DNA of 64,000 nt from the NCBI GenBank assembly GCA_964016885.1, contig OZ024756.1, forward strand, positions 1,364,001-1,428,000. Reading direction: 5' to 3'. The DNA is from Eledone cirrhosa. Taxonomy: Eukaryota. A program made the translations under genes and the position numbers. Within the stretch, counting starts at the first letter, position 1. Each line of letters starts with the position of its first letter. Shown piece after piece: positions 56,385-64,000 of the stretch. The notes under the pieces are model-generated. The model was not told the DNA's origin. It was given only the letters and a program-made list of their open reading frames with translations, and made no database searches.

Positions 56385-57332
56385 TATCTTTAGAATAGTT
56401 TCATTTAGATAACGTTTCGTTTACATAAGGTTTCGTTTTTCACAGAAACAATTCCACTTTTTACACTTTTGTCTACGATCTTTTTTTTTTCTTCATGAGA
56501 AAAATTAAAATAAATGTTTACAGGTTATTTTACTGATTTATGCTTCTTTTTCTATCTTTCATATAATTATAATTTTAAGGGGAGGTAAGTTTACCGTTAG
56601 AGTTTGGGGTTAGTGGTTGCGCTACAGTTAAATATTAAAAGTAAGTGACATAACAGGTTTTGGATTGTGTTGAAGGTTTAAGAGCTTGAGCTTGATGTAA
56701 GGTTTAGATAGAAGGGGTTAGATGGAAGGGTTGAATGGAAGGGGTTACATGTAAGGGCTGGAAGTAATGTTTAGATGGGAGGGATTTGGTGTAAGATTTA
56801 GATAGAATGGGTAAGATGGTAGGGGTTAGATGTAAGGTTTAACAGTAAAACCTTGATGGAAGGGATTAGATGTAAGGTTTAGTAGTAAAACCTGGATGTA
56901 ATGGTTAGATGGAAGGGTTGGATGGAAGGGTTAGATGGAAGGGGTTAGATGTAAGGGTTAGATGGAAGGTTTAGATGGAATGGTTAGATGGAAAGGTTAG
57001 ACGGATGGTTTAGGTGTAAGGTTTAGATGGAAGGTTTGGTGTAAAGAGATTGGTGTGAAGTGGAGATGCTAGCTTTGATTAATATGATGTTTAGAAACCC
57101 GGAGAAATTTTGGGGAAAAATATAAACGTTATTGCAAAACTGTATTTCTTATTAATTTAATAACATAATTTTAGTTTTTTCGATTTAAGTAATTTTTAAC
57201 ATAATTCAGTATTTAAAAAAAAAACATTTTATACAGCAGGTGTTATAGGCAGTTAGTAGTTCAGGTCTTCTAAATTTTAGAGAAAAAGAAACTCATAATA
57301 AAGAATGGAAATTAAGTAAAAGTATTAGATAT

Positions 57333-57388
57333 CGGCCCTGGGTGGACTCGAACCACCAACTTTCGGTTAACAGCCGAACGTGTTAGCC
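57333..57388 (-). pseudogene. tRNA-Asn 3' part relic
   Basis: Inverted counterpart of 46945-46997. Confidence 0.8.
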
Positions 57389-58030
57389 TTGAGAGGTCTA
57401 CGTCTGATTTAGTGAAAAAGCCAAGATTACCTATCACGTTTTGTCTGGAAGGCCGGAATTGATGAATAGTACATACACACATATACATACACACACCCAC
57501 ACTCATATGCACACACACGCTCTCTCTCTCTATCGATATGCACATACACACACATACACAAACACATAATCTCTCTCTCTCTTACACACACATACGCACA
57601 CATACTCTCACTTTCTCTGACACGCACATATGCACACATATACACACACATATACACTCTCTCTCACACACACATACCCCCCCCCCCCTCCGCCTCAGTC
57701 CACTTTATTCAACTATTTATTTATAATCAACAACTACTATTATAGTTATTTGTATCCTGGCGACTATATTTCCAATATTCCAATTATCCAATGCTTCATA
57801 AGTCAACCGAATATTGTATCCATATCTTCCCTGTATTTATATAAGTCTACCTTGTACAATAAATTATATTTGTATTAATTCACCTCATCCTGTTTAAAAA
57901 ATATATAAACGCGTTTTCTCTCTGTATTCCTTATTATCACTTCTGACCTTCCGTACTTTACAATGACACTAAAAGAAGGCTTGGCCTGTCAAAACGTCTT
58001 ATAATTATTTTATGACAGTTTAACTTAATC

Positions 58031-58047
58031 GTCTCTGTGGCGCAATT

Positions 58048-58087
<40 letters not shown>

Positions 58088-58104
58088 GAGTCCACCCAGG
58101 GACG
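58031..58104 (+). tRNA. tRNA-Asn(GTT), D-loop C>T variant
   Basis: Intact; inverted paralog of 45747-45820; T-run downstream. Confidence 0.95.
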
Positions 58105-58322
58105 ACAGTTATTTTTTTATTTATTTAACTTTAAAATATAATAAATATATTCTTTTCTTAATCTTACCTTAATAGCCATTATCATCAACATCATCATCTC
58201 CCCCTCCTTCACCCCTTCCTCCTCCACCTTCTTCATCCCCTCTAATACCTGCAGTGTCTTCAGACATGTCTACTAGAAGATCCTTATAGACGTCTGTATA
58301 ACTATTGTAATACTTTAGTGTC

Positions 58323-59476
58323 ATGTCTCCCCCTCTCTCTGTTCTGTGACATAAGCGGCTCTTTAGTTGGACTCAATGGTAGTGCCGTGTCTCCCTCTCT
58401 CAGTTCTGTGACATAAGCGGCTCTTTAGTGTGACTCAATGGTAGTGGCGTGTCTCCCCCTCTCTCAGTTCTGTGACATAAGCGGCTCTTTAGTTGGACTC
58501 AATGGGAAAGTCATTTCCCCCCCTCTCTGTGTTCTGTGACATAAGCGGCTCTTTAGTTGGACTCAATGGTAGTGCCGTGTCTCCCCCTCTCTCAGTTCTG
58601 TGACATAAGCGGCTCTTTAGTTGGACTCAATGGGAAAGTCATTTACCCCCCTCTCTGTGTTCTGTAACATAAGCGGCTCTTTAGTTGGACTCAATGGTAG
58701 TGCCGTGTCTCCCCCTCTCTGTGTTCTGTGACATAAGCGGCTCTTTAGTTGGACTCACTGGTAGTGCCGTGTCTCCCCCTCTCTGTGTTCTGTGACATAA
58801 GCGGCTCTTTAGTTGGACTCAATGGTAGTGCCGTGTCTCCCCCTCTCTGTGTTCTGTGACATAAGCGGCTCTTTAGTTGGACTCAATGGTAGTGCCGTGT
58901 CTCCCCCTCTCTGTGTTCTGTGACATAAGCGGCTCTTTAGTTGGACTCAATAGTAGTGCCGTGTCTCCCCCTCTCTCAGTTCTGTGACATAAGCGGCTCT
59001 TTAGTTGGACTCAATGGGAAAGTCATTTCCCCCCCTCTCTGTGTTCTGTAACATAAGCGGCTCTTTAGTTGGACTCAATGGTAGTGCCGTGTCTCCCCCT
59101 CTCTGTGTTCTGTGACATAAGCGGCTCTTTAGTTGGACTCACTGGTAGTGCCGTGTCTCCCCCTCTCTGTGTTCTGTGACATAAGCGGCTCTTTAGTTGG
59201 ACTCAATGGTAGTGCCGTGTCTCCCCCTCTCTCAGTTCTGTGACATAAGCGGCTCTTTAGTTGGACTCAATGGTAGTGCCGTGTCTCCCCCTCTCTCAGT
59301 TGTGTGACATAAGCGGCTCTTTAGTAGGACTTATTGGGAGTGGCGTGTCTCCCCCTCTCTCAGTTCTGTGACATAAGCGGCTCTTTAGTTGGACTCAATG
59401 GGAAAGTCATTTCTCCCCCCCTCTCTGTGTTCTGTGACATAAGCGGCTCTTTAGTTGGACTTATTGGGAGTGCCAC
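58323..59476. repeat. 64-bp minisatellite array C (inverted), about 18 units
   Basis: Reverse complement of the array B unit. Confidence 0.95.
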
Positions 59477-59829
59477 CCACGGACGCATTTACTTCTTTTT
59501 TCATGTTTTGGATGTTTTTGTCCCGAAAACAATTTTTAGATACGCATCGCTGAGTTTAAGAAGCTGGTAGACTTAATCCTGTCAGGTAAACTTTCTGTCC
59601 TCTGGTAGACATAATCTTGCCTGTTAGACTTAATCTGTTGTTCTACTTTACCAGGCCCATTGTCAGGCCTTGGTACGTGGAAATGTGGGTCGTTACTCTT
59701 TCGCAAAGAACGTATTTCAGAATGTTGTTGGTTTTTTATAAACTCTATTTTCTAAATATGAGTGTGTACCGGGGGTGGGGGGTGGAGATTAGTTCCATCT
59801 AGTACCCCTATTTGATTGATGACTTGTAC

Positions 59830-60090
59830 GTGCTTAACGCCGCCACCTTCTGCTGCACTTCGGGCTGAGGAGGGTAAACTCTCCAAGTATTGGTCGCTCT
59901 CCGACATGTTTGCGGTCTTGCCCTTAGCAGTCGAAACTTCTGGTGTCCTTGGCCCTAGGGCTACCTCCCTACTTACCACCATAGGCGCTGAGCTGGCCAG
60001 CTGCAGGTGTGACCCTCGCGAGATGGAATTGCTCTTCCAGCGCATCTCCCTCACTGTCGTCTGAGGAAACGCCTTCTCCATTCTGTCCTC
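59830..60090 (+). mobile_element. CRE-clade (restriction-like endonuclease) retrotransposon C-terminal fragment
   Basis: AALRAEEGKLSKY...PLAVETSGVLG...LFQRISLTVV*GNA matches the recalled AE..K..KY / P.AVET.G / FQR.S..V.RGNA signature; partial inverted copy at 43866-43940. Confidence 0.75.
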
Positions 60091-60751
60091 CGAGGCTGTG
60101 GGACGACCAGCACGTGGGACTCCATTTGCTCACCATGCATAGAGATGGGGAGGGCGAGAGAGATGGGGGTGATGACAGTGGGAGTTCGGTTCTTCCATGT
60201 TCTGACACATTTGTCAAACTGTAGGTTTTAGTTTTATGAAACAATTGTACCATAAATTAAAGACGCCCTTTAACATTTTCAATGTCCAGACTCATTGGTC
60301 ACCTTTTTTGGCAAACGTTCAGGCCAAATCGATACCTTACACCCACCCCTTACTCCCGAAAAATTCAGAGGCCTTGAAAAGGGTCACGGACACTGCCCCT
60401 TCAACATCCACCTCCCGCCAGCTTGATGATGGGGACTGCCCCTTTCCCGTCCACCTCCTGCCAGTAAAGAGGCCTTGAAAAGGACCATGGACATCGTCCC
60501 TTTTCCTATCATGTCCCGCTTGTCTGAGAGGTCGTGTTAACAACTGTGTCTTTAGACCGGCTTCATTACACAACATTAGTTCCCAAGAATGTGAAAACTA
60601 ATTACTATTGTTTTATAATTATTTACTAGCCTAAGTAATTACTAAACAATATCAGTTACAATCTCACGTGACAATTCACAATTACTCACTTATTCACTGA
60701 AAAGAAAAGAAGAAATATATAGCGTCACGTCAGCACAGTACGGTAACAATA

Positions 60752-60757
60752 GTCTCT

Positions 60758-60808
<51 letters not shown>

Positions 60809-60825
60809 GAGTCCACCCAGGGACG
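60752..60825 (+). tRNA. tRNA-Asn(GTT)
   Basis: Exact consensus; T-run downstream. Confidence 0.97.
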
Positions 60826-61034
60826 AAAGTTAAGTTTTTTGTTTTTCTTTTTCACTTTGATATTGTCATTTGTAGATCGATGTCGGAATTATCGATGTAA
60901 AAAAAACGAAATTTGGAGCTTCTTAGCTTTTATTGCATTGTTACTGAAATGAAATATATCTCTGAAACATTCAGTTTAGTACCCATCAATCTCGTCTTTA
61001 AATAAGTCAGATAACAAGCCCTTTAACGTCAGTT

Positions 61035-61040
61035 GTCTCT

Positions 61041-61091
<51 letters not shown>

Positions 61092-61108
61092 GAGTCCACC
61101 CAGGGACG
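61035..61108 (+). tRNA. tRNA-Asn(GTT)
   Basis: Exact consensus; T-run downstream. Confidence 0.97.
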
Positions 61109-62083
61109 ACACTTTTATTTTTATTTTTTTTTTTATTTAGAATATATGAAATACAAGAAATACTGGTATATGAAATACTCGTAGGAGAGTGAAAGTGTAA
61201 AAAGTGGGAATTGTTTAAGTGGAAAACAAAATGTCCCAAAAGCTAAACCGTTTCGAGGTGTATATCTAGAAAAAACACCTTACATTCCATTGTTACTAAA
61301 ATTTAATATACGTATTTAATTTGCTATTATTTTTTTTTGCAGATCGAGCAACTGCATAGAAGTACCTTTGTTGGCCCCTGAACGTGCATATAAAAATTGT
61401 TTTCGGACCAAAATATCTCAGATATTTAAACAGGGAGCGATGAAAACAGACCCAAACAAAGCAACAATAAATATGCCTCTGGGTTCGTTTTATATATAGC
61501 GTCTGGGTTGGTTTATATATGACTAGACTGTTGATACGGATCATTCCAACAGCTGCCTCTGTGTTTTTCAGGATTCACAGAAGTTACTTCTATGTGGTAG
61601 CCCGATCTGCTGAAAATAGCCTCTGGCTTTCCCTCAAATCGCACTCTGAATCCTTTAAAATTTTGACAGACTTTATGTTAGATGAAAATCTTGACTAGGG
61701 TTTAATTTGGAAGGTAGGCCTAATTTCGGCAGGTAGACTGAATCTTGGCTGGGGGACTTACTGTTCGCTGTTCACTCAATCTGCTTTAAAGGGTCAATTA
61801 GATTGTTGTCAAGCAGCACTCTAATGATGGCTGCAACAGGTTTAAGAGTAAAAGAGATCGTAGACAAAGGAGTAAAAAGTGGAATTGTTTCTGTAAAAAA
61901 CGAAACGTTATCTAAACGAAACGTTATCTAATTCTAAAGATAGAAATGTAGACTCCATTGTTACTTAGATGTGTCTCCTAACACCATTGATGTTATTATC
62001 AATTACAGGCTTCCATATAAAACTAGACCAAATTAATCTTGACTGCTTCACTAAGTCACATAAGAAATCGTTTGATGTCAGCC

Positions 62084-62106
62084 GTCTCTGTGGCGCAATC
62101 GGTTAC

Positions 62107-62140
<34 letters not shown>

Positions 62141-62157
62141 GAGTCCACCCAGGGACG
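62084..62157 (+). tRNA. tRNA-Asn(GTT) with one D-stem mismatch
   Basis: GGTTACCGCG instead of GGTTAGCGCG; otherwise consensus; function uncertain. Confidence 0.75.
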
Positions 62158-62579
62158 AGTTTGTTATTTTGGATCTTTTACTTCCACTCCAAATCCTTCT
62201 CATTTTGCCCCACCCCCATACAATTTCATTTCATTTTCCTCAATTAAGACCAGCTAAGTTTATTTAATTAGTTTTATTCTAATGGTTCAATCAGGCGAAA
62301 GTGGTTGTACACAGATTTTTAACAGGTTCTCTGAATCTATTGAACCATATCCGACTGATGTTTATAAAGAAATATGAGAAAAAACGTAATTGTTGAGGGT
62401 TAGTGCGAGACATGTTGAGAAAAACATAGTATACGTGACGAGAGATAGATAGATAGATATAGAGAGAGTATACGTGACGAGAGATAGAGAGGGGGTATTT
62501 ATTTTGTGGAAATGGGGGGAAGTGATATGCAAACAAGTAGTTCTTGAGAATTAGAGGTTGTTTTAATATCGGTATAAAA

Positions 62580-62825
62580 AGGTGAGTGGGTAGACTGCGC
62601 ATGTGTGGACGGGTAGGTTTTTGAAAGGCCGAGTGGGTAGATTGCGCATGGGTAGACTGGTGACGTTTTAGTGGGTAGACTGTGCATCTGTGGACTGGTG
62701 GGTTTTTGAAAGGCCGAATGGGTAGACTGCGCATGGGTAGACTGCGCATGGGTAGACTGCGCATGTATAGACTGGTGGGATTTTGAAAGACCGAGTTGGT
62801 ATACTGAGCATGTGTAGACTGGTTG
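62580..62825. repeat. Short-period repeat gggtagactgcgcat
   Basis: About 9 degenerate copies; possibly transposon subterminal repeats. Confidence 0.7.
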
Positions 62826-63315
62826 CTTTTTATACTTGATCAGGCAATCTTGATAAAAATGAAACAGATTTGCGACCCCGTCTCTTTTCTATAACTAAGA
62901 CTACATTATCCAATGTATGCGTCATGCTTTAAGACGGTTAAGTGTGATTTGAGAGAATTTGGTTGCTATTTTTAGCGGGGCGTATGATTAAGTAGAATCT
63001 CCATTGTTTAAATATGTTGGTAGGTATTTGGCATGCAATCAAATCGCTTTCCCTTGAATGGGTTTGATCTAAGATGTTCGTGTATATAACAACACAACCC
63101 AGCTATATGTTGGGTTAAGTAATACTAACCTGGCTCTGACGTACTCTCTGGTCCCAAATAATAGGGCAGAGGGCTGAAATAAACAAGGGGGCTAACGATA
63201 ATTTTCCTAGATTGCCTCCCTTGATTAAAAAAAAAACAGAATTAGTCGTTTAATTTACATATTGTGACCCCCAACCCATCCTGTTTATTTTATAACTTAT
63301 GGGATTTCTAGAAAT

Positions 63316-63492
63316 CATCATCATCACCACCATCATTTTACGTCCTCTTTCAACTGCTTGCAAGGGTGGGATGGGCTCTATTAAGCAAGGCATCTCTCCA
63401 TTCGTCACGGTCCTTTGCCATCACCTCTGTGAACTTCAGCGATCTGAGGTCTGCTCTCACCACCACCGCCCATGTTTTTCGTGGTCTTCCTC
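63316..63492 (-). mobile_element. RTE-type LINE 3' fragment with (ATG)n tail
   Basis: Reads RGRPRKTWAVVVRADLRSLKFTEVMAKDRDEWR. Confidence 0.7.
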
Positions 63493-64000
63493 TTTTTTTT
63501 ATCATGTATAATGTTTTTTAATCTCCAAAGAAAAGTAATTGTCGCAGGAATGCAACCACTGAAAATACAAATTCGCCGGAGATAGGTTAGCAAAATTCGA
63601 TAAGCGGGGGTTTGGAATAAGTGTGGAATTGGAAAAAATCTGAAAACTTAGTAAGTGGGGTGACCATTATTAGAGACCCGAGAGTAAATTTCTTTATGTG
63701 TATCTTTGCATGTATATATGTCCATGGCATATTCATTAGTACATTATTAGTACATTACATTGATTACTTATTAGTAACCATTATGACGTCACACTATAAA
63801 TTATATTTGTATTTTTTTAAACGAAATTCTACACACACACCCCTCTCCAAAAAATCCCCAGAATTTCTTGGAAGGAAGTAAGAAGTAACAAGTGAAAAAC
63901 AACTTAAATTATTGAATATTGATGAAGATGATGCTCATATTGGTGGTGTGGTTGATCTTGTTTGTTTGGCTGTTGGCCTTCTTCTTCTTGTTGAAGTTGG

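Overview
Repeat-saturated animal genomic DNA; no host protein-coding gene can be supported, and nearly all ORF-track entries are translations of microsatellites. The SINE and LINE types resemble those I recall from octopus/cephalopod genomes (inference). 1-21 kb: (GGT)n and (TA)n satellites with embedded elements: a composite Helitron, a young non-autonomous LTR element with an over-long tRNA-Trp primer site, hammerhead-bearing Penelope-like pieces with inversions, SINEs, a Vingi-like and a Tx1-like LINE fragment, a hAT MITE and a 200-N gap. 21.5-40.9 kb: about 11.5 kb of a 32-36 bp TA/CA satellite holding one intact RTE-type LINE (APE + RT + three C2H2 fingers) and a near-identical 5'-truncated copy, both joined at the same phase of the satellite unit. 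42-62 kb: a tRNA-Asn(GTT) cluster (10 intact genes, 2 damaged, about 7 relics) built from tandem and inverted duplications, with three 64-bp minisatellite arrays and several insertions that have an empty paralogous site. All alignments and RNA folds were done by eye.
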